Shown: positions 12,648 through 25,103 of the stretch, piece by piece
Numbering within the stretch: the first letter of the stretch is position 1
Layout: each line of letters opens with the position of its first letter
Assembly (NCBI GenBank): GCA_011109175.1
Contig: RDEW01000034.1
Location: 584,126-648,125 of the forward strand
Length of the DNA stretch: 64,000 bases
Direction: 5' to 3'
Source: Dicyema japonicum
Lineage: Eukaryota; Animalia; Dicyemida
Position numbers and translations under genes: made by a program
Notes under the pieces: model-generated
What the model saw: the letters and a program-made list of their open reading frames with translations, nothing else
Databases searched by the model: none
Told to the model about the DNA's origin: nothing

Positions 12648-13483
12648 TTAATAATCTAATTGAATGATAACTCCAATAATAATTAGAGCATTCAGGAAAT
12701 GAATAATATTGAATGCTGAATATATTATAATTATACAATTTATTCCAATATTACTGCGATCTTTGGTGGTTAATTTTTCAGAATATTCATTGATCTCTTC
12801 TAGCTCATCTGTGTCCATGTCATCATCAGGAGGTATAGGAGTAATGGTTGTACTGGTGGTCGTAACAGTAGGTTGTTCTAATATTAAAAATTTATTAACC
12901 TCCAATTCTATTCAAAAAATTTGCTTTGTTTATCTCTTGAAGGAATAAAACTTGATCATCGGATAATATTCTTGCACTAAAATAATATTACATTATTAAC
13001 CATCCACTTTCGTCCTGTAGTATATCAAAATCTCGGGATTGAGGGTCTATTACTTCTTTTCCTCGCAAAATATTTTTTAACAGACATTTTAATATTTTCC
13101 AGTCAAGATCTATTAATATAAATTATCTATACTTCAGCATCTTGTAGCACTGTTACCGTTAAAATACTATCTCTGTAATCACAATTTTCTTGACCACGAC
13201 TAAAAGAATTAATTGTTGTATTACCTTATTGTTATGCTAAGTTCAGGATTAATATTCTCTTCGGTTATAGTCATAACTTCTCCTAATGCCTAAGCATTAA
13301 TGACACATTTTGACCGGTATGACAAAATCTATCTCGTCTTCCTAATTGTTAATAAAGTAAATTACTGGGAAATTATCAAATTTCACTCTCACAGGGTATG
13401 GTGTGTATTGTTGTAGTGCTATTATTATAAAATGTAATACAAATCTCTATTATTCCTAACACAATTAATAAAAACCAGAACAT
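12648..13483 (-). CDS. Solo inverted copy of the array surface-protein gene (8 exons, 7 micro-introns); one 1-nt frameshift
   Basis: ATG (CAT on + strand) at 13481-13483 and stop at 12648. Same seven GT-AG introns as the array copies. The spliced product reads MFWFLLIVLGIIEISLQQYTPYPVRVKFDNFPEDEIDFVIPALGEV...IIIGVIIQLDY*, except that an A is missing from a run near 13095 (GGAAAATATT versus GGAAAAATATT in array copies). Confidence 0.85.
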
Positions 13484-13639
13484 TTGAGTTTTACTGAAAT
13501 TGGGTATTTATATAATTTATTGGTTTCTTGGAATTTTTTACTGCGAACAAGCATTTCTTGGAATTTTTATTAATGGCTTCCCTAATAAATTTACATAAAT
13601 CTGCAATGCCTTCAATTCACTGAGAAGGGATCAAATTTT

Positions 13640-14500
13640 CGAAACTACAAGCAAGTGAGCCCGGAACTTATTCAACTTGTCTACATCGCTTACGGAACCA
13701 ATTCTTCACTGGTTTTCGGAGACAGTATTATCTGTTCGGAGACTGGAGTCCAACAAGGGGACCCACTTGGTCCACTTTTCTTTACTCTGGCCATCGATGA
13801 AATTGTCAGCCTATCAACACACAACTAAACCTCTGGTATCTTGATGATGCTACGATTGGAGGGCCGTGGAGAAAAGTTCATGACGTTCTGTCACAGGCCG
13901 TGCCAGCACTACGAAACCTCAAACTTGAGATAAACATAAAGAAATCGGAAATAATAAGCATCACATACTCGGAGAGTGATTTTATCAACGTGGTCGAGTC
14001 TTTCAACTTGGTACTACCTGGAATTACTGTCGTACCCAGGGAGCGGACATACTTTCTTGGGTGCCCACTTCACGAAAAAGAACTGCGGAGCCATCTACTA
14101 ACAAAAGAAGATGAACTCTCTAGAGTTACGGAGAAACTCTCCTTACTCGATGCTCATACAGCGTTTTTCCTTTTGAAAAACAGCATCGGCTTGCCCAAAC
14201 TCATATACGCTCTCCGATGTTCTCTCTGCTTCAAACATCGTGACATCCTCCTGTCACTGGATTGGACATTGAGAAAATCAGCTGAATTGCTACTAAACAT
14301 CAACTTTGACGTGCCGAGTTGGAATCAATGCAAGCTTCTTAAACGCCTCGGATGTCTTAGGTCGGGGCTGGATATCGCCTTTCCAGCATATGTGTCATCG
14401 CTTTCAAGCGGAAGCCTTTTGGTCCAAGATTTCCTTCGGTCACAACATATTGGACTGAAATAGAGTTTTCGCTAACCAACGCTTCAGCGTTTGACTATAG
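13640..14500 (+). mobile_element. CRE-like retrotransposon RT fragment
   Basis: TGVQQGDPLGPL and LWYLDDATIGG motifs in shifted frames, plus ORF 13900..14463 (LLDAHTAFFLLKNSIGLPKLIYALR). Confidence 0.85.
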
Positions 14501-14639
14501 CCTTCCACTTGTCCTTGTTATTGAGGGTGTCTTGGTCTTCCATGAATATCTTTTTCCCCCAATCACATAATAATCTTGAAACTTCAGAGTTACAGAACTC
14601 TGCATTATCCGTATGTAAGGTTTCAGATGGCCCAACTGA

Positions 14640-14960
14640 TTAAGTCATGTATTCAATAGCATTTTTTATATTTTGTGAAGTTTTGCTCATTAGTAGGAAT
14701 GAATATGCAAATTTTGAGTAACGAGCTATTACATTAATAATCCATTTATATTTTTTATTATAATATCTACGAAGATCTATACAATGCGCAAGAAATCTTT
14801 CGAAATTTTGTAAACGGTAACATTTGAATATCCTCACCTTTTCTATTTTCAACGCTTTTCACGCTTAATCGATTTATTGACTCAAAATAAAATTTTTTGT
14901 TTATAATGAAAAAAAGGACCGATGCCTTGTAGCAAAACTTAAAGATTGTTAATGTTTTCA
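14640..14960 (-). mobile_element. Fragment of a Ginger/GIN-type (rve) integrase
   Basis: ERFLAHCIDLRRY...YKWIINVIARYSKFAYSFLLMSK (ORF 14640..14852), similar to the integrase at 24990-25076. Confidence 0.7.
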
Positions 14961-15099
14961 AGTGATAAATTTGTCTTACAACCCGGACAGTATCAACAGC
15001 CTGGACGCTATGACATACGACATTTATTAACCCAAGAACACCAATAGTTAATTTAATTACTTAAATTAATTAAGTGATCTCGACAGAGTGACAAAAAAT

Positions 15100-16440
15100 C
15101 AAGTCCAAGACTGGAGTCTAACAAGGAGACCCACTTGGCCCTCTACTCTTTGCTTTGGGAATCGGCTGTGCATCATCTGCGATCAAAACTCCCTTGAACT
15201 TATGGTACCTTGATGACGTGACCATTGGGGGGAGTTGGGAAATTGTTGTGGAAGAGGTTAAACGCGTCATCCCTGTCCTCGCGGCATCGGACTGGAGCCG
15301 AATCCATCGAAGTGCGAAGTTATTAACGTGACCTGTGGAGAGGACACCTTTGAACGCGCAATAACGACCATTTCTACTTGCCTTCCAGGACATCAAAGTC
15401 ACCCGACTAGAAAAGGCGATCTTCCTCGAATCTCCTCTGTATGACATGTCAACTGTCATGGAGGAGAAGAGTGAATCCGTACAGCTGCTCACGCACAATC
15501 TAAAGGTTTTGGACTCCCACATTTCTCTCTTCATCCTCAAGAATTTTCACCTTACACCACGACTCCTTTTTTTTCTACGGACATCCCCATGTTTAACAGA
15601 CATGGATTTCTTGAGAGTTATCGATGAGAAGCTGAGGATCTCTGTTGAAGAAACACTTAACATCTCTCTGGATAAAGCAGGGGTGGACCCAATGCAAGTT
15701 ACCACTTCGTTATGGAGGAATTGAGATACGCTCGCCACTTGAACTCGCCCTCCCAGCCTTTCTGTCTTCAACATATGCTTCCCGTGGTCTAGTTCACCAG
15801 ATCCTACGCTACATTAACGGATCGGACACTGAACCAATTGCATGCATGGCTCACGATGTTTGGATTGGACTTAATTTGGGACTCCCGAAGAACTTCAACA
15901 AACAACGAGACTGGAACGAACTTGTATGTTCGGACTCCACGCACTTTCCTGCCGAAAGAGCGCTGGAAGGAGCCTGAGACATAGTGCAATCAACAAGGTT
16001 ATTGCGTGGGGACTAGAAGCTGCCGGATTCCCCGTCCAGCCCTAGGGCTTGCCACGGCAAACAGAAGGCCGGATGGAGCGACTCTGTTCCCGTGGGATGC
16101 TGGGAAGTACCTGGCCTGGGATGCCACCTGCGTAGATAGCTTCTCCCCTTCCAATATTACAATGAGTGCGACAAATCCAGGCTCAGCTGCAGAGAAAGCA
16201 GAAATACTAAAAGCAAAGAAGTACACATGCCTCGGCGAGCAGTACACATTTGAACCAGTCGCAGTCGAAACTTCGGGAGTCATAGGAAGCAGGTCGTTTG
16301 CCCTGCTCAACAAAATTGGATCGTTAGTCACTAAAAGGAAGAGGGATGTCAGAGAGAAGGGCTGGCTCATTGAGCGCATCTCCTTACAGATCGTAAGGGG
16401 AAATGCGCTCTCAATCCTGAAAGCAGCCAGTAGCCTTTAA
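15100..16440 (+). mobile_element. CRE-like non-LTR retrotransposon, 5'-truncated (RT plus REL endonuclease)
   Basis: QGDPLGPLLFAL and WYLDDVTIGG, followed by RRPDG..LFPW..GK.LAWDATCVD...FEPVAVETSG...ERISLQIVRGNA (16006..16440) and an A-rich 3' end. Confidence 0.92.
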
Positions 16441-16699
16441 CTATTTGGTTTTATTCTTCAATAAATTGTTATTGATTTTAAAAAAAATTAAAGTAATCGT
16501 TTAGTGTTTTTTTGCATGATCGATTTCTATATTTTTTTGAATTTTTATTAAATTTTCAAGCATATTTAAATCAAAATTTTCATTATGCGAAAATTATTCT
16601 TTGAGTTCCAAAACACTTTTTATCGCTTCTTTAAAAAATTAATCTTTCTTTTCACAATCTTCACTAATTGTTATGTCTAAATTGTTTAGCCGAAATATC

Positions 16700-18183
16700 A
16701 CCATTTTCATTGTTTTGAAGAAGAAATTCAAAAAGTTCGTATTTCGAAGTACGTAAACTCTACAATTTCCTCTTCTTGAATTGGATCCGAGATCATTACT
16801 TTATCAATAATTTGTTCAAAATTCTTTTTTGGTCTCCCTTGGAAGTTCTTCAATGCTTTTTTTTCATTTGGCGTCATGAAAACATTTTGATATTGTACCC
16901 ACTGACACATTTCTCCAGGCAAGATGAGAAAATGACTCCATCCTTTAGCGTTATTTTTATAACATTCAATATTTTCCTAACCAAAATTCATTTTTTCCAT
17001 TATATTTTTAAATTTAAATTTGTTAAAATAAGATTTGAATGATCTAATAATCCCTTGATCCATTGGTTAAGCACAGTCGTCGTGTTTTTGGTAAATATAA
17101 AACTTCCATCATACTTAATTCGATTGTTATTTTATGAAAGGACAATGGTCTACAACCAAAAGTATCCTTTGTTTTTGTTTGAGATTCATGTCCCATTTAT
17201 ACAACCATTCGTTGAAAATTTGCTTGTTCATCAAGCCTTTGAAGAATTGTGGTATTGTAAATATTCATCAACGTTCATGTTTTTAAAACACTTTGGTTTC
17301 TTATACTTTCCTATCATCAATGGGGTTATTTTATCAGATCCAGTCATATTTGCGCAAAGCATTAATGAAAGTATGAAGATTAGCTAAAAATTTTTAAAAA
17401 GATCTTTAAGTAATTTTTGTCCTGATCTGCGTCTCCTGCATACACTTTTTGAAGGAATAGTTTTGTAAAAACACCGGTTTCGTCAGCATTATAAACATTT
17501 TCGGCACCATATTCATTTATTTTTGAGAGATAATTTTTTTTAATTCTTCAATTTCTATTTTAAACTCATCCGCAGTATATCCCAATTCACCATGAAAAAT
17601 TAGTAATTTTACATTGTGCCTTTTTTAAAACTTTTGCAGCCATCCTTTACTTGATTTGAATTCAGAGAGTCCATTTAATGCAGCAAATTTAGTTGCTTTC
17701 GATAAAATTATCTCATCATTGATTCCATGTAATCCATCCAGGTAATGAATTCAGTATCAATTGATGAATATCTGAGTTTCGAAAAACGAGAACTTTCCCA
17801 TAAATTGGATTAATTTCAAGAATCTTCTCTTTATTCAATTTAAGATCGTTCGTTTATTGCACGTCTCGAAATTGATTTTTTGAAACGCGTTGAAAAAATT
17901 TCTGAGACACGCCCTAAACTTAGAGAAGAGTTTTCAATAAGATAATTTATGACTTCTTTTTTTTGATCATAAGATAATCTAGAACACTTCCTCATGTTAC
18001 GAAAAAAGACACGCGGCATAAATATTTGAAAAATTAATTTTTTTAATAATAAATTTTAATTTTTTAATACTAAAACGTGGCGAGTAAGAGAATTTGGCGA
18101 GCAATGGAATTTCCTTAATAAAATTGGAATTTTTCCAATAAAATGGCGAGTTATAGAAATGGCGAGCAACAGAGGGTAAACTG
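16700..18183 (-). mobile_element. Decayed pogo/Tigger DNA transposon
   Basis: YNADETG motif at ~17475-17500 on the minus strand. One terminus (CAGTTTACCCTC on the minus strand) ends at 18183 and is flanked by TA. The other TIR was not found. Confidence 0.7.
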
Positions 18184-18399
18184 TATGGTAATTTCATTGT
18201 GATCGACAAAACGTGTGATTCTACCCACACCTAAATAAAATTATGAACAGAAACTAAAAAAGTAACGTGATGTGTTGTTGTATTTTCTGCTTAATCATAT
18301 TATTGAAGATTTTCTGCCTACATAAGTTTATTAACGACGTTTGTCATGTCGAAAGTTTCTGTTTATTGAACTTATCATGTAAACAAAAAGTTTTCTCTT

Positions 18400-19990
18400 C
18401 GTAATAGAACTTTCGTCATTCTTAACTTTTGAGGCAGGACCTCACCTTGTATCATCGTTAACTAAACTCGTAAACACGTCTGCATCCAGGAACATACCTC
18501 CCATCCTCCGTGAACTTTTTTTCTTATTGTTTCCCTTCTCGAAGCCTGTTCACGGAGTCAAGCCTATTGCCGTTGGAAGCCTATTCTAAGACCTGCTTCA
18601 AAACTTTCGTTCGGGCGTGTCATCGATGATCTGTCTTCCGAACTATAACCTGTATAACTCGGAGTGGGCGGCGAGTGAGTCCAACGCCTTCAAGAAGGTT
18701 TTGCTTTGGCAGTTGATTAGGTGCCCGTTCATATTTTAAGGTTTTCAGTTGTTGGTATATAGAAGATGCTACGATCGGTTGTTAAACCAAGTCGGTTATG
18801 AAAATTCTAGAAAAACTTCTTCCCATTCTTAGCAGTATGGACTCGAGATTAATGCCCATAAATTTGACATTTGTAATCTGGGACTCTTGCAAGATGAATT
18901 CTTTAAATAACGATGCTGGATTATGTCTTTTCTCCCCAATGTCGCTACTACCGATGTGGGACATATTATGATATCAGGTTCACTCATCTCCACCTGGGAT
19001 TATCCCTCATATTTTTAGTAAGAAACTATAGGAGATTATTGGAGCCACCGTTAAACTACACGAGTTTGATCCACAAGCTGCGTTTTTTCTCTTAAAAAAT
19101 TATATTTTTTTTCAATATTAATGTTTTTGGGAGGTTCCTCTTTTGCTACATCTTTCCGGAAACCCTGAGAATTTCAACATTCTTATCTCCAAGTCTATTG
19201 AAGAAAATGTGTTACAATGGTAAGCCTGGGGTTAATAATAATACATGCATTCTTACACGTCAGATTTCGGGCATCAGCATAACTTGTGTTGTAGACGTTT
19301 CCTTGCCATTCTTCCTTTCCTCTTTATCAAGCAACATATTTCTTATCGGACTATTCTTCCAGATTCTTGCAAATTCACTTTAGACAAAAATACTGATGGG
19401 TTTAATTGCACCGTCAGGCTTGCATTCTGTCAGTCTTTTTCTCCCACAGCGGTCCTTGGCTGAACGCGTTTCCATCATCTTAGAAAGGTTCCTTTCTGGA
19501 ATAGAACGCCCTCCTAAATATCCATCAGTTTCGTGATCGACTTATGCCAACCTACTTCATACGTTGTGGATCTGTTGTGGAATGCAAAGGGCTTCACCCT
19601 CTCTTGCCGTCTCAGAAGTTTCCAGTTCCCGATCATGTAGCCATCAACAGGCTCGATTTCCATCATATATGAAACTGGTGGGCCTGGACATATCCCGGAC
19701 GGGGTAACTCTTCTTCTCCAGGGGAAATACTTGATTTGGGATACCTTCTCCCAGTCGAGACTAATGGTTCTGCGTTGAAAGTTGGGGAGGAAGCTCGGAC
19801 TTTCGAGAATTTCAGGATAAAAAATACACCAGATTCCATGTACAACTCGTTGTCGTCGAGACGAGCGGAGTTTTTGGGCCCAAGACTATCTTTTTTCTAA
19901 GATTACTTGGGTCAGTGATATATAAAGTGAGTAATGAGCGATTGTCAGGGGAAATAGCCATTCTATCCTATCAGCTGGATTAATTTAATA
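18400..19990 (+). mobile_element. Highly degenerate CRE-like retrotransposon
   Basis: Residual VRPIAVG (~18560) and a C-terminal FHVQLVVVETSGVFGPK motif (~19835-19885). Confidence 0.65.
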
Positions 19991-22765
19991 AATTGTTTTT
20001 GTTAAAAAAATTATACTGTTATGTAATTCAAATCATTTGAGATACTTAACCAATATTGATTGTCTTACTAAACTTAATAATGAGTATAAAGTAACATTCC
20101 TAGTCTAACCAATCATACGCTATATTTACTAAAGTAAATTATTATAAATAATCACAGGTTAACACTCCCATCACACATTATTCTTTGTACAATTCGTAGT
20201 AATGTTGCAATTTGATCATCGTACAATATTCGCATAATGGATAGGTAACCTTTATTAAAGGTGCCCATTCTTGGTGTGATTTGTCAGTCTCCAATGAATC
20301 ATCTTTTTTTACATTATTCTTGCAAGTACACCTATCACTCATTTAAAATAACGCCAAATCTATTCATTAATGATGGAATGATCGCCGTAAAATCAATGAG
20401 GAAGTTAAAATACAATCAGGAAGTTGTGTTCTCAATTATATTTAAAATGAATGAATACACTTTTTTGCTTACTAATATATTTTATTGAACTTGTTGTATT
20501 CATATTTTGTTTTATAAATTATATATAGTTGAGTGCATGATGTAGACTAGGAAGTATTCAAATTAAACTACTATTTTTAGATTTTATGCTAATAATTTCA
20601 CAATTTGATGGAATTTTAATTTTTAGAGTTTGGACGGACAAATCCGGACCTGCACATCTGACACATGCTTTTTTAGAACTTGTGGTTTATAACTGGCATG
20701 TCAAACACACACAAAAGATTTTTATACTGTCGACGACATTGGGGCTGACCATGTCTGAGACCACCAGAGAAAAGCAGTGGATATCTGTTAATTGCGTTAA
20801 ATTGGCAGGCTGTGGTTAAGAGCGTTCTACCTGGTCAGAAGACGTTCATAAGCTTAGACTATACACTCGCCTTTATATACGAACGTTCACATAACAACGA
20901 TACTCTTGAGTGCTTCCACTTGTTTGTTGGAGCACTGGGCGCTTACGTCCATAACATGAAACTGAAATTGTTTCCCGACATTTGAAATTTAAACAAATTT
21001 TAAAACAATAATAAATTGTATCTTGTAGAATCGTGCCGGTTATTATATTGTCTTTATAAAGCACTTGACTGACCCCATTTAGAATGACATCTTCAAATAA
21101 GAAGAAAAGGAAACTTAAAGAAAGACAGTTATTTCAAGAAAAATGTGAACTACAGTACTTTTGAACAATGGTTAATGCAAAGATATTGTTTAGATTGCAA
21201 TAACAGCATCGCCACAACATAAGAGTACAACTTAAAAATACCTTATTTCCCAATACTTCGTCCAGAAGTTCCCAATACTAAACTTTGAATGGCATTGATC
21301 CAGACACCACTTTCAGGACATGCTCCGGTCAACATTTTGTTTGAGGACTCAACATCTTTTCGAAAGATTTCCGTGAAACAAAATCATCCTGAAATTGAGA
21401 TAGTACAAACCCAGATCTTCCGTAGGTAGGTGACGTTAACGTCAGAGATAGATGGTAGAATAGTTCTCAGCAAGGACTGGGAGAACTACTAAATTTAACA
21501 GGTGTTGTAGCCCATTCCCGAGAAGCACAAGGAAAAGTCAATTCTTTATCTAATTAACTGTGTAATTAACTGAGATAAAATAATAATTTTACTTAATTAT
21601 GAATCACACAATAGAGAAGTCTCAATATGTACAAAACTTTATGATATTTCAGATTTTAAAAGTCAGAGAATTCGAATTTAACAAAAACTTATTTTTAAAT
21701 TCGAACATTGAACGAGAAACATCAATCTTTTCTTAGGTTATGAGCGTGCGATCAATTACCGATTGCAAACTCCGTACACTAATAGACCACTTGGGAATCC
21801 TGTATTCTTCAGATTGAAGATCGCCTGTGTATATGAAACCTACAATTCCTCAACGACTTATTAATTCATCCAGCAATGACCTAATCGCAACAGGAATCTA
21901 AGATATATTGTTTCTACTGTTTTCAAAAGGGCAAATATTCCGCTAATCAATAAATTATTCAATTATTCGTGGAGATTTGGACATATTCCTTTGGAAGATC
22001 CCAAAGAAAGGAAAGTCTATATCAAATGTAGAAAATTATAGATTAATTAGTCTTATCTGCAATATGTCATAGAATATGAAAAGAATAGTCTTTAATAAAT
22101 TATTTTGAAGATATTCAATTTCTTTCGGATCACCAATTTCGTCAAAATAGAGGAACTGGAAATTGAGATCCTAATGAGCGCTGCTGGCTATTTCAGTAAA
22201 TTTGGCTCACCATCCTGATGGGAAATAGCCACGAAGTAAGGGTTCCCGCTGTATGACCTTTCTGTATAGTTTAGTTATATTATTTTGATGTTATGTAGTA
22301 GTTTTTACATAAATTTCTACTCTCCCATTCAAGTCTTTCTAAGGACTTTTTAAACCGCATTTCATATTTAGGACAATTTCTTATGGCGACTAAAATCTCA
22401 AAAATGGCATTTCATGGCATCTAAAAATGGAAATTTACATACGGACAGAATAAATTTATTATTATAAAACATAATTAAATAAATTTTAACATAATATTTT
22501 AGAAAATTTCCTTCTCGAGAATTTTTTCAGCGTTTCAATAGCTCACTCAATACTGCACGAAGTTGCGGTATATTTTGTCACATGGGCAACCTGTTTTTTA
22601 CGGGTTTCCATGGAAACCAGAATATACTACATAATATGACTTTCTTGTAACTTTTATAAGAACAACATTTAACTAATTCATTAATTCTAAATAAAAAATT
22701 AATTCAAACTGTATTTATTAAATGGCTAACCTGATTTCTTTTAATTTTAACAGCATGGCTTTAGT

Positions 22766-24512
22766 CAGGAGACTGAACAAGACACTTCGCCAAGAAGAAC
22801 TTCTTCGCGAAATCAATGAAGTATCCAAACTAAAGATAATTCACAAATGTATATGGCCGCTCGTTTACTACGCCACACAAACCGGAAGGAACGAATAATC
22901 ATCAAAGACAAAAATGGCAAGACATTACTGAATACTGAAGAGCAAGCGGAGGTAATTGCAACATATTTTGAGAAACTTTTTAATGTGACTACAGCAATCC
23001 CCCATTCAAAGGAAAGCCTAGACCCTTAAAAGAACCAATTTCAATTTTGGAAGTAAAAACAGCATGTCAAAAACTAAAAAATAACAGAAGCCCTGGACCA
23101 GATACGATAAACCCAGAATTACTGAAATACGGGCCTGACCCCCTTTTTGAAAAAATCGCAACACTACTAAATGATATGTTTTCAACTAACTCAACCTTGC
23201 CCTGGGAACGGAATTACTAATACCTATACAAAAACCCAATAAACCCAAAGGACCGGTTGAAAACTTACGACCTATTATATTATCAAATTCGCTACGGAAA
23301 GTCTTAACTAACATTGTATTGGAACGAATACACGGACCCGCCTATGAATACCTACCAGAAAGTCAAAGTGAGTTCAGAGAAGGAAGATCAACAGCTGATG
23401 CAGTCTGGAGTCACAGATAGAGATGAGCAACACATCAAAGATATTTCAATGCTATCCACATTCTGGGAATAGATCTATCAAAAGCCTTTGACTCGGTTAA
23501 CAGGAAAAAATTGATGACAGTGCTGGAAGGGTTTTTGACGAATCGAGTCTAAGAATGATTCAAATCCTTCTATCTAACACAGAGCTCCTTGTGAGAGTTG
23601 GAAAAACCTACTCAAGAAAAATTGAAAAAACACAGGCACTCCTCAAGGAGACTCCCTTTACAATATACTTGGAGGCCGCTATGAGGGAACTGAGACCATT
23701 ATATCAAGGAAAAATAGAAGAAGTGATTTATGCTGATGATGTCGACCTAATTTCTGAAGACAAAGAACTCCTGGAGCATGTAGTAGAAAAAGCACCAGAT
23801 ATACTTGAGAAATGGTTTCTCATCGTGAACAGGGAAAAACAGAACGGACAGAAATAAGAAGAATGAACAACTCACTCGAAGAAAAATGGAGACACAAAGA
23901 AACTTGGCTCACTACTAGGAGATAGCGAAGACATCATACGGAGAAAAACATTGGCAAATGCGGCATTACAAAGGCTTAAAAATCTTTGGCTAAAACGGAA
24001 AGGATATAACATAAAACAAAGGATTATGTTATACGACACTTTCATCAAACCAATTCTACTATACAACTCTGGGACCTGGGCCACCTCTAAAGAGGAATTG
24101 GAGAGGCTAGACTCATTTCACAGGAATCATCTAAGAAACATAACTGGAATGTCCTGGCCATCCAAGATCTCGCGGAATGGACTGTACAATAAGTGTGACT
24201 GTATACCATTAAGCCACGAGATCATTAGCTCTCGTTGGAGACTTTTTGGACACGTCCTGAGGTTGGACCCGATATCCCCTCCGAACATCGCAATGGAAGA
24301 TTACTACTCCAATGTAAAACGCTTTCGTGGAAGACCGTTCTACAAAACGATCTGAAAGCCGTGAAGAAAACATTGGCATCTGGTGACGATCTGGACTCAC
24401 TGAGGGACCTAGCAAAGAACAGAAGAGCTTGGAGCAACCTAACTAATTCTCTTATATTTTTTGCTGCACATGCGGGGCTATAAATATTATGGCTCTCGTG
24501 AAAGTGATAATA
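22766..24512 (+). mobile_element. 5'-truncated RTE-clade LINE inserted in the Ginger element
   Basis: RT homologous to 6250-7700 (ORFs 22847..23029, 23555..23857, 23951..24355). An 11-bp TSD ATGGCTTTAGT is at 22755-22765 and 24513-24523, and the 3' tail is retained. Confidence 0.92.
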
Positions 24513-25103
24513 ATGGCTTTAGTGATTTTGTATGTATCAATTTAGGGGTTATATCAGAGATCTTATCTAATGTGACAAAAAAACAGATATTGTGTCGAAT
24601 CGATCTTGAAGATGTAAGTACTCAAATGAAACGGAGAATACGAGAAAAGGCCTCACATTTTTCGCCTAGAAACGATAAGTTTAATTCTAATTTAATTTAG
24701 ATTTTTCTTGAAAGGAAACTCAGAAAAATTGGTTATTCCTCTGGAATGTGAGTCGAGATGGAAACCCATGCCAGATCCCTCCATCTGATCTCACACGGAG
24801 CGATCAATAAAATCGAATTTCTTTGCCGTCGGAACTATTTTATAGTAAAGAGTTCCGTAATAAGAAAAGTTAAAAATGATTGTGAGGTTTGTAAGTTTTC
24901 GCTTCCTCTTAAGGTTATCTTTTTCAAATAACTGCTTAGATTGTTGACGAGAACAATCATGTTTTTACGTCTGCATCAAAATGAGCGTTTTCAGATTAAT
25001 CTAATCGATCTGAAAAAATTAAAGGTGTCAACAAAGGATATAAATGGATCCTATGCGTAATTGATGTATATAGTCGGTAATAAAATTATCTATTACCACG
25101 TCA

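Noticed and set aside
12709-12948. Recurrent ORF MNAEYIIIIQF... (also 32641, 36602, 40262, 44272, 51589)
   Set aside because: It is the antisense shadow of the last exons of the surface-protein gene.
19990-20520. Minus-strand micro-intron gene; RILYDDQI resembles RILSDDQV of the surface protein
   Set aside because: No consistent open spliced model could be built and the similarity is too short to distinguish from chance.
21640-22270. Additional CRE copy as a formal feature
   Set aside because: Only the 3' WLFQ.I.LTILMGNSH motif is convincing. The rest is too decayed to give boundaries.
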